This document shows, piece by piece, positions 1-9,279 of a DNA stretch of 64,000 bases. The notes beneath the pieces are model-generated. The model made no database searches, was not told the DNA's origin, and saw nothing but the letters and a program-made list of their open reading frames with translations. The stretch is taken from positions 384,001-448,000 of the forward strand of contig CAVPJU010000006.1 in NCBI GenBank assembly GCA_963705505.1. The letters are read 5' to 3'. The first letter of the stretch is position 1, and each line of letters starts with the position of its first letter. Source of the stretch: an uncultured bacterium. GTDB lineage: Bacteria > Desulfobacterota_D > UBA1144 > Nemesobacterales > UBA2774. The position numbers and the translations under genes are program-made.

Positions 1-661
1 GGGGGATATAAATCTGAGGGAATCTCTCACATCAGAGCCGGCAAGGGTAAAAAGGTGTCAGATACTAGTCCTAAAGTGCACCTATGGTTCCCCGAAATAC
101 GTATTTCCGTCCGCCGACAAAGTAATGGAATCACTTACGGAATTCATCGACGACTCGTTCTCGTCGGGCGCGGTCCCCGTCCTGCTCGCGGAAGCCGTAG
201 GCAAAGCGCAGGAAACTATCAAGAGGCTGTCGGAGGCCGGGTACAAGTTCGGTGTCCACAAGTCCATACACAAAGCTCTTAAGATATACGAAGAGTTCGG
301 GATACAATTCCCTAATTACGAGGTGTTCAAACCGAAGAAGACCGAAGGCAGGGTCCTCGTATTTCCTCCGCTCAAGGGGGAGTCCAAAGATATCGACAAG
401 ATCCGGGATAAAAGGGTCGGTATAGTGATAGAATCAGCGCCTGATGAACTTGCTTACATAAAGCAGGTGTTTAACGCGGACGAGGTCTTCCCGCTCAGCA
501 GTCACGCGGACTTCGACGAGCTCCTTCAGTTCGTCGAATTCGTGAGACCGGAAAAGGTCTATCTCATACACGGGCATCCGACCGAGTTCGCGCGCGCGCT
601 GCAAAAAAGGGGCTTCGAAGCGGTCCCGCTCGAGAAACCCGCACAGCTAAAGCTTCTATAG
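1..661 (+). CDS. MBL-fold/beta-CASP metallo-hydrolase (RNA/DNA exonuclease-like), 5' truncated by window edge
   Basis: Frame is open from base 2 (GDINLRES...LVLKCTYGSPKYVFP) into ORF 125..661; C-terminal LSSHADFDEL...VYLIHG RNA-metabolising MBL motif. Confidence 0.75.
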   Translation, partial: GDINLRESLTSEPARVKRCQILVLKCTYGSPKYVFPSADKVMESLTEFIDDSFSSGAVPVLLAEAVGKAQETIKRLSEAGYKFGVHKSIHKALKIYEEFGIQFPNYEVFKPKKTEGRVLVFPPLKGESKDIDKIRDKRVGIVIESAPDELAYIKQVFNADEVFPLSSHADFDELLQFVEFVRPEKVYLIHGHPTEFARALQKRGFEAVPLEKPAQLKLL

Positions 662-671
662 GAGGACCGAT

Positions 672-1091
672 ATGGCTGTAATCACGAAGAGCATAAGACT
701 CCGCACGCAGGGGGAAACAGACCTCATAGACATAACGGCGGAGGTGGAGGAGAAAGTCAGGGAGTCCGAAATATCCTCCGGCATAGTAACGGTTTTTATA
801 CCGGGCTCGACGGCCGGGGTTACCACCATAGAATTCGAAGGCGGAGCCATAAGGGACTTCAGGGAGGCAATCGACAGGATAGCGCCCAGGAACATACACT
901 ATCACCACGACGCGAGGTGGGGGGACGGGAACGGCTATTCCCACGTCAGGGCGGCGCTTCAGGGGGCCTCTCTCACGGTGCCCTTTTCATCCTCCGAGCT
1001 CCTCCTCGGGACGTGGCAGCAGATAATCGTGGTCGACTTCGACAACAGGCCGCGCACGAGGGACGTGATACTCCAAATCATCGGGGAATAG
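672..1091 (+). CDS. yjbQ: YjbQ/UPF0047 secondary thiamine-phosphate synthase family protein
   Basis: GSTAG, NGYSHVRA, LLLGTWQQI..DFD motifs; GGAGG RBS upstream. Confidence 0.9.
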   Translation: MAVITKSIRLRTQGETDLIDITAEVEEKVRESEISSGIVTVFIPGSTAGVTTIEFEGGAIRDFREAIDRIAPRNIHYHHDARWGDGNGYSHVRAALQGASLTVPFSSSELLLGTWQQIIVVDFDNRPRTRDVILQIIGE

Positions 1092-1121
1092 AGACGACCC
1101 GAAGGGCCGTCTCTTCGGGAC

Positions 1122-1781
1122 TTACACGAACTTTACAGAAAAATGCTGAGGCTTATACCTCACATTGAGATTGACGATCAGCGGGGTCATCGATTCTATC
1201 ATCGCGGACGCCTCCAGGGCGCCTGCATCCAGAACACGCAGGTTGGGCATATCCTCGGTGAGCTTCTTTACCACTTCCTTTGCGCCGTCGTCATCCCCGC
1301 ATATAACCACATCGTAATCGAGATGCTTGTCTATTTCGCTGAGCTCCTTCGCCGGGAGGTTATGAAAAGCGGATACGAGCCTCGCCGTTTCGGGCAGCGC
1401 CTGCTTTATCTCCAGAGCCGAAGAGCCCTGCTGCGGGGGGTTATATAAAAATGTCTTCCCCTCCCTTTTCATCGAGACGACGGGCGTAACGACGATCTGA
1501 TTTGTAAAGCTGTCCCGAATCTGGCTGACTGTCGACGCCGCGTGCTCGGGAGGGATGCTTATTATTATGACTTCCGCCTGTTTCGCCGCCTCCGCATTGG
1601 GCATGCCGTGAATCCTGGGCTCGACGCCCAGAGCCTTTAGCTTCTCTATATATTCGGCGGCGATACCCTTGGCCTTCTCATCGCTCCTCGACCCGATATA
1701 GATCTCGTGCCCGGCTTTTGACCACCTGAGCACGAGCCCTTCGGCAATGTCGCCCGTTCCGCCTAAAAGCGCTATTTTCAT
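1122..1781 (-). CDS. npdG: NADPH-dependent F420 reductase (F420H2:NADP+ oxidoreductase)
   Basis: MKIALLGGTG Rossmann start, IGSRS, VSAFHNLPA, CGDD, IESMTPLIVNLN; start moved to MKIALL at 1781. Confidence 0.85.
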   Translation of the reverse strand: MKIALLGGTGDIAEGLVLRWSKAGHEIYIGSRSDEKAKGIAAEYIEKLKALGVEPRIHGMPNAEAAKQAEVIIISIPPEHAASTVSQIRDSFTNQIVVTPVVSMKREGKTFLYNPPQQGSSALEIKQALPETARLVSAFHNLPAKELSEIDKHLDYDVVICGDDDGAKEVVKKLTEDMPNLRVLDAGALEASAMIESMTPLIVNLNVRYKPQHFSVKFV

Positions 1782-1939
1782 TTCTTCTGTCCCCCTTTTA
1801 AAAAGCTGCATTTATTTTAACAAAATAGCTATTCTAGTAAAGGGAGCGGAACATCGGCAGCCGCCTAACGGAAGCACGCAAACGACCGACTTTAGATAAT
1901 GCCGGAGCTATGGGGAGTAACTATAGCTTTATGAATTGA

Positions 1940-2482
1940 TCAAAACTTCTTTTTGAAATAAAGGAAAAAGGAAAAGCTATTAGGGTTGAAAAAGTGATCT
2001 TCGGTAACTAAATCGCTGTCCGGGACAGCTACAAAAGGCACTAGCCCCCCGTAAAATATGGTATTCCTGGATTGAAACTGGTCGTAATTCACCTTGTCTT
2101 CTTCGACAAATTGTATCTGAGGATTAGGTAAGAGCGGAGTATCTCCTGATGAACGCGCCGCATCATCGGTTTGAATGTCTAATGTGCCCGGCTTGTCAAT
2201 GACTGCTAATTGCACTGCATTATCAGGCTTACATACGTTGAGCACGGCGTCATAAGAAACGAAATCGGGTTTATCCGGAGAAGAGTCCAACTGCTCTTTT
2301 TCGAGCAAAGTCCCCCTTATCGAGCTATTGTCTATGAAAGTGTAATTGTAGCAGGACTGCTCGGTTCTATGCCTGTAGGCATTTTCCACGCTGTAATCGA
2401 CACTTTCGGATTTAACAACAGACCCGAAAAATACCAGTAATGTTATTAATGAAATTGACATCCTCACCCTAACATACCTCAA
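1940..2482 (-). CDS. Hypothetical exported protein
   Basis: 180-aa ORF with hydrophobic N-terminus; no family recognised. Confidence 0.5.
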   Translation of the reverse strand: MRYVRVRMSISLITLLVFFGSVVKSESVDYSVENAYRHRTEQSCYNYTFIDNSSIRGTLLEKEQLDSSPDKPDFVSYDAVLNVCKPDNAVQLAVIDKPGTLDIQTDDAARSSGDTPLLPNPQIQFVEEDKVNYDQFQSRNTIFYGGLVPFVAVPDSDLVTEDHFFNPNSFSFFLYFKKKF

Positions 2483-2604
2483 CCACTGACGATTTTGGTT
2501 AAGATGGACCTGTTAATTCTATAGCCCCTCATGTTTTTAATATAAATATAGACGGGCATATTTTCAATAGATGAATTTAAGCGGTATATGGATTCATGAA
2601 AATG

Positions 2605-3384
2605 CTAAGGCTCTACGGATATTAAGAAACCCCTCAGGATTCTATTGAATTCTTCGGGCTTTTCCTGCATCATGAAATGGCCCGCATCGTGAATCAGATG
2701 GTAGAACGAATCCCTGATGCTGTTTTTGAGATGCTCCCCGTATTTAGGGGGAGTCAGAATATCAAATTCGCCCGATATAATGCATGCGGGAGTTTTTATT
2801 TCATGAACCCTTTCCATGATATCGAATTCGTCGCATGCGACGAGGTCCCAATAGCAGACATCAGGGGATGTGTTTAGCAGGCCCTCTCTGAATTCCTTCC
2901 TGATCTCTTCGGGCGAGTCAGGCGCGATCATCCTTGCAGGCGCAGCGTCGCAGAATGCCTGATAGTTATTTTTTACTGCATTGAGAGTTTCACCCGCGAC
3001 GCGGAGCCTCGCTCCGGCCCCGGCCAGAACACAGGCTCTCACTTTCTCCGGATGGTCGAGAGCAAATACCATTGCGACCCCGCCGCCCATCGAATGACCG
3101 ACAAGAATAAGGTCGTTAAAGCAGAGAGCGTCGGCGAACTCTTCAATAAACCCCTTATAGCCGGCTATATCTTTAAAGCCGCTACCCTCAGACATACCGT
3201 GACCGGGGAGGTCCGGCACTATAAAATTGTATGCGGGGTGGTTTTTGAAAGCCTCCAGCTGATACCTCCATGTAGCGGTTCTCTGACCGGCGCCGTGTAT
3301 CATCAGGACCGTGGGACGGGCAGGGTCCGTGAGACCGCCTTCCAAGTAATGTATCCTTTCTCCGCCGATTATAATTTCTGACAT
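2605..3384 (-). CDS. Alpha/beta fold hydrolase
   Basis: HGAG, DLPGHG, GHSMGG nucleophile elbow, D and AGH catalytic motifs. Confidence 0.9.
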   Translation of the reverse strand: MSEIIIGGERIHYLEGGLTDPARPTVLMIHGAGQRTATWRYQLEAFKNHPAYNFIVPDLPGHGMSEGSGFKDIAGYKGFIEEFADALCFNDLILVGHSMGGGVAMVFALDHPEKVRACVLAGAGARLRVAGETLNAVKNNYQAFCDAAPARMIAPDSPEEIRKEFREGLLNTSPDVCYWDLVACDEFDIMERVHEIKTPACIISGEFDILTPPKYGEHLKNSIRDSFYHLIHDAGHFMMQEKPEEFNRILRGFLISVEP

Positions 3385-3414
3385 GGTCGCCTACAGGGAA
3401 TAGTTTCGGAGAGC

Positions 3415-3699
3415 CTAATCTTTGCCGTATTTTGAAATGAGCTGATTATAATCTTCCTCATCGATACCGGCTATTTTAATCGTTTTAATCTTCGAGGTTT
3501 TTCCTCTTATTATTTCGACGCTCGATTTCGACACGCCTAAGGCTTTTGCCAGGACCTCCGTCAGGCGTTCATTCGCTTTGCCGTCAACGGGCGGAGCCGA
3601 AATCCTGATTTTCAGCCTGCCGTCATGGATGCCCGCTATCTCATCGCTCGCTGACTTCGGCTGGATCTGAACTGTAATTGTTATCGAGGATTTTTTCAT
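3415..3699 (-). CDS. yggU: DUF167/YggU family protein
   Basis: LKIRISAPPVDGKANERL motif; conserved yggS-proC-yggT cluster. Confidence 0.9.
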   Translation of the reverse strand: MKKSSITITVQIQPKSASDEIAGIHDGRLKIRISAPPVDGKANERLTEVLAKALGVSKSSVEIIRGKTSKIKTIKIAGIDEEDYNQLISKYGKD

Positions 3700-3707
3700 C
3701 GGGTAGG

Positions 3708-4016
3708 CTACGGCAAGCCCGCTTTTAATCTATATCCGTAATCGATGATGGACTGAACTAAAACCTGGTCTATAAAGAAGAGCGCGATCATTACAATAAT
3801 CGGAGAAAAATCTATCCCGCCGAATATAGGCAGAACCCTTCTCACGTACCTTAAAACGGGCTCGGTCGCCATGTATAAAAACCGGACTATAGGATTATAG
3901 GGGTCCGGGTTTACCCATGAAATCACGGCTCTCGCCACAACTATAAAGAGATAAATGTTTATTATGTAATGAAGGGTTTGCCCGACTCCGATTACCAGGT
4001 TCGCAATTATAAACAC
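3708..4016 (-). CDS. yggT: YggT family membrane protein
   Basis: SWVNPDPYNPIVRFL..TEPVL...GIDFSPII. Confidence 0.92.
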   Translation of the reverse strand: MFIIANLVIGVGQTLHYIINIYLFIVVARAVISWVNPDPYNPIVRFLYMATEPVLRYVRRVLPIFGGIDFSPIIVMIALFFIDQVLVQSIIDYGYRLKAGLP

Positions 4017-4831
4017 TACTTATCCTCCTTGGACAGCTGTCTCGAACGATGAGTGGCCGCCTCTACCGCCGAAATAACGCTCGCCCTGAACCCGCCGGCC
4101 TCGAGCTTATGTATGCCCTCTATTGTCGTGCCTCCCGGAGAGGAGACCTTATCCTTAAGCACTGCCGGATGAGACATATCTTCGATTATCATTTTCGCCG
4201 TCCCGAATACGGTCTGGACCGCGAGTCTCAGCGCGGCTTCCCTGGGGAGCCCCATTTTGACCCCTCCGTCGGACAGAGCCTCTATAAACATGGATACGAA
4301 GGCGGGCCCGCTCCCGCTGAGTCCCGTAACGCTATCGAGCAGGCGCTCATCGTCGACGACATATGCGATACCGACCGCTTCGAAAATCTTTCTAACATTT
4401 TCCCGCTCTTCTTCATTCAGGTTGGGATTACAGTATAGAGCAGACGCTCCGGCAAGGACAAGGGCCGGGGTGTTCGGCATTACGCGGACTATCTTGGCCT
4501 TCTTTTTAAGAACGCCTGAAATCAAAGAAGTCGGAATCCCCGCTGCAATGGAAATCAGTATTTTCTTCGCCGTAATTTGAGTCCTGATCTCGCTCACTAC
4601 CTTCCGGACGGTGTTCGGCTTTACGGACAGGACCACGATATCGGACTTCCCGGCGGCCTCCTTATTGTCGCCGGTCGTCGCGACCCCGTACGCGGATTTC
4701 AGATGGTCGAGTCTTTTCCCGGCCGTATCGCTTACGAGAATCTCGTTCTTTTTATATACCCCGGACGAAATAAGGCCCCTGATAAGAGCCTCCGCCATAT
4801 TCCCGCCGCCTATGAACCCTACTTTTGCCAT
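4016..4831 (-). CDS. proC: Pyrroline-5-carboxylate reductase
   Basis: GFIGGGNMAEA, RVMPNTP, TGLSGSGPAF, VSSPGGTTI. Confidence 0.97.
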   Translation of the reverse strand: MAKVGFIGGGNMAEALIRGLISSGVYKKNEILVSDTAGKRLDHLKSAYGVATTGDNKEAAGKSDIVVLSVKPNTVRKVVSEIRTQITAKKILISIAAGIPTSLISGVLKKKAKIVRVMPNTPALVLAGASALYCNPNLNEEERENVRKIFEAVGIAYVVDDERLLDSVTGLSGSGPAFVSMFIEALSDGGVKMGLPREAALRLAVQTVFGTAKMIIEDMSHPAVLKDKVSSPGGTTIEGIHKLEAGGFRASVISAVEAATHRSRQLSKEDK

Positions 4832-4857
4832 TATCGTTTTCCGACTCTTGAGGATTA

Positions 4858-5547
4858 TTATTGCCTAGGCCCGAAAATAGCGGTTCCTATCCTTACTATC
4901 GTCGCGCCTTCTTCTATTGCAACCTCGAAATCGCCGCTCATGCCCATCGAAAGCTCTCTCAGTCCCGGATATTTGACGCTGAGCTTATCGCGCAAATCCC
5001 TTAGAGCCGTGAAAAAAGGCCTGGCGCTCTCCGGGTCATCGAAATAAGGGGGCATTGTCATAAGACCGCGGACCTCAACGGACGGGAATTCCTGAAGACT
5101 TGCCAGGAACCCCTCCAGATCCTCTTTTCCAACCCCGCCCTTGGTTTCCTCCTCACCCGTATCCACCTCGATAAGCACCTTTGCTTTTATGCCCAGGCCC
5201 GCCGCCTTTTTTTCGATCTCCCGTGCGACTGTAACAGAGTCGAGGGAATGTATAAGCTCCACGTCGCCTATCAGGTATTTAACCTTGTTCCGCTGTAACC
5301 GGCCTATAAAGTGCCACTCCACATTTTCGCTTACGGTGCTATCGATTATTTCCTTTTTAAGCCTGAATTCCTGGGCGTAATTCTCGCCGAATGTATGTAT
5401 GCCCGCGCTTACCGCCTCTATTATGCGCCGGGGCTCAACCCCTTTCGTCACGGCGACAAGCTTTACATCGTTTGCATGCCTGCCAGCCCTCTTTGCCGCA
5501 TTCTCTATCCTTTCCTTTACGGACTTTAAATTATCTGGTAAATCCAT
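4858..5547 (-). CDS. yggS: YggS family pyridoxal phosphate homeostasis protein
   Basis: LVAVTK, FGENYAQE, WHFIGRLQRNK, LSMGMSGDF, VRIGTAIFG. Confidence 0.95.
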   Translation of the reverse strand: MDLPDNLKSVKERIENAAKRAGRHANDVKLVAVTKGVEPRRIIEAVSAGIHTFGENYAQEFRLKKEIIDSTVSENVEWHFIGRLQRNKVKYLIGDVELIHSLDSVTVAREIEKKAAGLGIKAKVLIEVDTGEEETKGGVGKEDLEGFLASLQEFPSVEVRGLMTMPPYFDDPESARPFFTALRDLRDKLSVKYPGLRELSMGMSGDFEVAIEEGATIVRIGTAIFGPRQ

Positions 5548-6145
5548 CCTTTCCGAAAAATTCCGCGATCCCTAGTTTTCTCAAGGCTTCGAGAAGCTCC
5601 GCGACGGGAAGTCCGACTACATTCGAGTACGAGCCTTCGATCCCCGTGACCATGAACGAGCCTATCCCCTGTATCCCGTAAGCTCCGGCTTTATCCATGG
5701 GCTCTCCGGTCTTAATGTAACCTTCTATTTCGGAAGCCGCAAGGGGTTTCACACGGACCTTCGTATCCACGATCTCCCTGTGAAGGAGCTCGTTTTTCGG
5801 CCTTACGATGGAAAAAGCCGTGTACACATGATGCTCTTTTCCCGAAAGCTTGCCGAGCATTGCGGCGGCCTCTTCAGCATCGGAGGGCTTGCCGAGAATC
5901 TCTCCGTCCACAACGACGATCGTATCGGCCCCTATGACGATTCCGCCGTTTTCGAGACTCATGGAAACGGACGAGGCTTTTTCCGCCGAAATTCTGAGAG
6001 CGAACTCCAGAGGAGATTCATTGTCCACGGGAGTTTCGTCCGAACGGGGATGTATTACTTCGAACTCGATCCCGAGTGTGGCCAAAAGCTCCTTCCGCCT
6101 CGGGGACGAAGATGCGAGCACTATTTTATAACTCATATTTTCCAA
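5531..6145 (-). CDS. maf: Maf family nucleoside triphosphate pyrophosphatase (YhdE type)
   Basis: LASSSPRRKELL, GADTIV, ILGKP, DKAGAYGIQG, NVVGLP. Confidence 0.93.
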   Translation of the reverse strand: MENMSYKIVLASSSPRRKELLATLGIEFEVIHPRSDETPVDNESPLEFALRISAEKASSVSMSLENGGIVIGADTIVVVDGEILGKPSDAEEAAAMLGKLSGKEHHVYTAFSIVRPKNELLHREIVDTKVRVKPLAASEIEGYIKTGEPMDKAGAYGIQGIGSFMVTGIEGSYSNVVGLPVAELLEALRKLGIAEFFGKDGFTR

Positions 6146-6237
6146 TTACCCGGGCGAATCGGAAACTCGCGAAACCAAGAACATCTCGGGTCCTTCAAAA
6201 ACGACCGGTTCCCGGTACACGGCGGCTTAACCGGTAA

Positions 6238-6813
6238 TTAGTAGTAATTCAGATCGCTGTCGATCCAGTATTTTTCCGCGCCGACATTCGTGCGGAGAGC
6301 GATACCCTGCTTGGTGAGCTGATAAATAATTATATCCGAATCGAAGGGCACCGAACCGCTGGCGGCCGCACCCTGCGTCTTGGATTTCAACACGGCATCG
6401 CCCTGGACGCCGAAATCCCAGCCCTTGCTTATAAACTGCCTGAGGACGCTCTTGTTGTTGAAAATTATCAGTTCCCTGAAATCCGTAAGGGCCACTCCGA
6501 GTCCTACCCCGCCGCCGGCCATCCTCATGAAGGTCGTTTTCCCGTTTGCATTGTCGGTTATTACTCCGTAGCCGTTCCCCGAGCCGATGATAAGAAGCTG
6601 CGTGTTAATGTTGCTGAAGACGCCGTACCCGGCCGAGTGCTCGACTAAGTCCTTTACATACGGGTTTCTACTGTAAATCTCGGCAAGCGTATTGTCCCTC
6701 ATCTGGAGCACATAGGCCCTTTTCGACTGAGGGCTATAGCCCTGGGGCTTCGCGCACCCGTAAAATGACAGCAGAGAGAAAAGAAGGGAAAACAACAGCA
6801 GGCTTGTTCTCAT
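6238..6813 (-). CDS. Lipoprotein, YSC84/SYLF lipid-binding domain-like
   Basis: Lipobox-like YGC after signal peptide; GYGVF, GSGNGYGV, GGVGLG pattern. Confidence 0.65.
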   Translation of the reverse strand: MRTSLLLFSLLFSLLSFYGCAKPQGYSPQSKRAYVLQMRDNTLAEIYSRNPYVKDLVEHSAGYGVFSNINTQLLIIGSGNGYGVITDNANGKTTFMRMAGGGVGLGVALTDFRELIIFNNKSVLRQFISKGWDFGVQGDAVLKSKTQGAAASGSVPFDSDIIIYQLTKQGIALRTNVGAEKYWIDSDLNYY

Positions 6814-7040
6814 ATATATCTCCTCATCCGGAAATTTTTAATATTCGTTCTCAAAAAACCGTGCTCATGAATTACTTATATTAACTTATTTTTATCAGTC
6901 CCATAACAATTTGATGCCGGCGCTGATAAATCAGGCAACTATTATATCATGCACTCTGGCAATCCCGGAAAAAGCTACATATAATGTCTTCGTTTTTAAA
7001 AACGCATAAATCAAATTCAATCTAAAAGCGCCGTACCTCC

Positions 7041-8411
7041 ATGAATCCCGGTAAAAAGAGCGGAATCGTGTTCCTGACTTCGGCCATAGCAGCGCTCGCA
7101 GGCCTGCTCCTGGGTTATGACACGGGGTCTATAAGCGGTGCGCTGGGTTTTATCTCGGACGCGTTCCGTCTAGACACGGTGGGGAAAGGGAGCGTCATCG
7201 CCGTGGTACTGATAGGGGGTATCCTGGGAGCGCTCATAAACGGCTTACTCGCGGACAGATTCGGAAGGAAGATAATGGTGCAGGGCGCTGCTCTGCTCTT
7301 CATCGCGGGAGCGGCCGCATCCGCCTTGTCTCATTCAGCCGGAACCCTACTCGCCTCGAGGTTTATGCTCGGGCTCGCGCTCGGAGCGGTTTCGGCATCG
7401 GCTCCGCTTTATATCGCGGAAATCTCCCCCGCAGCCGGGAGGGGAAGACAGGTTACGTATTTTCAGCTCGCCATAACGATAGGGATACTGCTCGGCTATT
7501 TCGTCGACAGGACGTTCACAGGCTCCGGGAACTGGAGGCTCATGCTGGGGACGAGCGCAGTCCCGGCGGCAGTACTGTTTTTCGGAATGTTCATACTGCC
7601 GCACAGCCCCAGGTGGCTCATCAAAATGGGTAAGGACCGGGAAGCGAAAGAGATACTTTTGAAAACATGCGGAGGGGACTCGTCTCTGGCGGATGCGGAA
7701 TTGAACGAGATACGGAAGGTCATATCCATGGAATCGAAAGGCGGGTTCACCGATATGCTGAGACCCCCCGTGAGCCGGGCGCTCGTCACGGGCATAGGAC
7801 TTTTTCTGATTCAGCAGTGGGTCGGCATAAATACAGTCATGTACTATGCGCCTTCCCTGTTCAGGGAAGCGGGTATGAAATCCGCGGATGCGGCTATTCT
7901 CGCTACGGTCAGTGTGGGCGTCGTGAACGTGCTCGCGACCTTCATTGCCGTATGGCTCATAGACAGAGCGGGGAGGAAGCCTCTCCTCTACGCCGGGCTG
8001 GGAGGGATGCTGATTTCCCTGACCGCGATCGGGTCGATATTCGCGCTCCGGGATTCGGGCGCAGGTCTCGAGATAGGCAGGGCTACGGTGATCGCCGTAT
8101 GGTTTTACATAGCCTGCTTCGCTTTTTCGACGGGACCGATCCCCTGGATTATAATGACTGAAATTTTCCCGCTGAACGTGAGAGGAAGGGCCGTGAGTAT
8201 CGCCACGATGTCGAGCTGGGGAGCGAACCTGGTAGTATCTTTTTCTTTCCTGCCCCTGCTGGAAGCTGTCGGAGCTTCCTATACGTACTGGCTATATGCG
8301 CTCGTGAGCCTGGGAGGGATCATATTCGTGCGGCGCCTGGTGCCCGAAACAAAGGGAATGACCCTCGAAGAGATCGAGGAAAAGCTCCTGGCGGAAAACA
8401 AGCGCCCGTAA
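7041..8411 (+). CDS. Sugar porter family MFS transporter
   Basis: GLLLGYDTG, DRFGRK, PHSPRWL, QQWVGINTVMYY, PETKG motifs. Confidence 0.95.
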   Translation: MNPGKKSGIVFLTSAIAALAGLLLGYDTGSISGALGFISDAFRLDTVGKGSVIAVVLIGGILGALINGLLADRFGRKIMVQGAALLFIAGAAASALSHSAGTLLASRFMLGLALGAVSASAPLYIAEISPAAGRGRQVTYFQLAITIGILLGYFVDRTFTGSGNWRLMLGTSAVPAAVLFFGMFILPHSPRWLIKMGKDREAKEILLKTCGGDSSLADAELNEIRKVISMESKGGFTDMLRPPVSRALVTGIGLFLIQQWVGINTVMYYAPSLFREAGMKSADAAILATVSVGVVNVLATFIAVWLIDRAGRKPLLYAGLGGMLISLTAIGSIFALRDSGAGLEIGRATVIAVWFYIACFAFSTGPIPWIIMTEIFPLNVRGRAVSIATMSSWGANLVVSFSFLPLLEAVGASYTYWLYALVSLGGIIFVRRLVPETKGMTLEEIEEKLLAENKRP

Positions 8412-8451
8412 TAACCGCATTATATATTGAAGGGGGATTGATTTGCCGGAC

Positions 8452-8838
8452 TCAGGATTTGCCGTCCAGCTCCTGAAATACCTCTTTCGCTAACCTTAGC
8501 CCGTTGAGGGCGGCGGGAAAGCCCGCATAGACGAGAACCTGTATAATCACCTCCACGACCTCTTCCCTCGAGCACCCGCAATTAAGCGCGCCCTTGATAT
8601 GTATCTTGAGCTGATTTGGCGCAGTCCCGAGGGCGGTAAGGGCGGCGACGGCTGTAATCTCGCGGGACTTCATATCGAGACCCGGACGCGATGCTATCTC
8701 TCCGAAGACAAATTCCATCATATAGCGCACCATGTCGGGCGCTATATCGTTCAGGCTTTCAGCTGTTCTCTTTGAAGCCCCCGGAGATATCTCTTCGAGT
8801 TTTTCCACTCCCCGCTTATATTTATCGTCCGACATCAT
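8452..8838 (-). CDS. Carboxymuconolactone decarboxylase family protein
   Basis: FVFGEIASRPGLD.KSREI, QLKIHIKGALNCG, YAGFPAALN. Confidence 0.88.
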   Translation of the reverse strand: MMSDDKYKRGVEKLEEISPGASKRTAESLNDIAPDMVRYMMEFVFGEIASRPGLDMKSREITAVAALTALGTAPNQLKIHIKGALNCGCSREEVVEVIIQVLVYAGFPAALNGLRLAKEVFQELDGKS

Positions 8839-8929
8839 ATTTCTCCCGAATCCCTTTTAAGTACGCTTGAAAAGATTCCGAGCAAAGCCTATACTACGAT
8901 TTTTCATCAACTTTGTAAAGGGGAAAACC

Positions 8930-9232
8930 GTGCTAATACTGATCGCGAAATTCAGAACCAAGCCCGAGTGCCGGCAGCAGATGATAGTGATGTCACAGGG
9001 GATGCTGGGGCCTTCGAGAAGCGAGGAGGGGTGTATCGTTTACGAATTCCTCCAGGACCCATTCGACCCCGATTCATTCACCTTTTATGAGAGATGGAGG
9101 AGTCAAAAGGACCTCGACCTCCATTTTGAAAAGCCCTACTTCGAAGATTTCGCTTCAATATTCCCCGAGCTCATAGAGGGGACTGAAAGCATCGTTACAT
9201 ACGAGGTCACGGGGGAGAGCGTTTTAGCTTAA
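8930..9232 (+). CDS. Putative quinol monooxygenase (ABM family)
   Basis: SRSEEGCIVYEF, FTFYERW, LDLHF; probable GTG start at 8930 after AAGGGG. Confidence 0.85.
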   Translation: MLILIAKFRTKPECRQQMIVMSQGMLGPSRSEEGCIVYEFLQDPFDPDSFTFYERWRSQKDLDLHFEKPYFEDFASIFPELIEGTESIVTYEVTGESVLA

Positions 9233-9279
9233 TCATTCCCGATTGGACAGGCCCGGGCCCATACTTTAAGATAAGACCC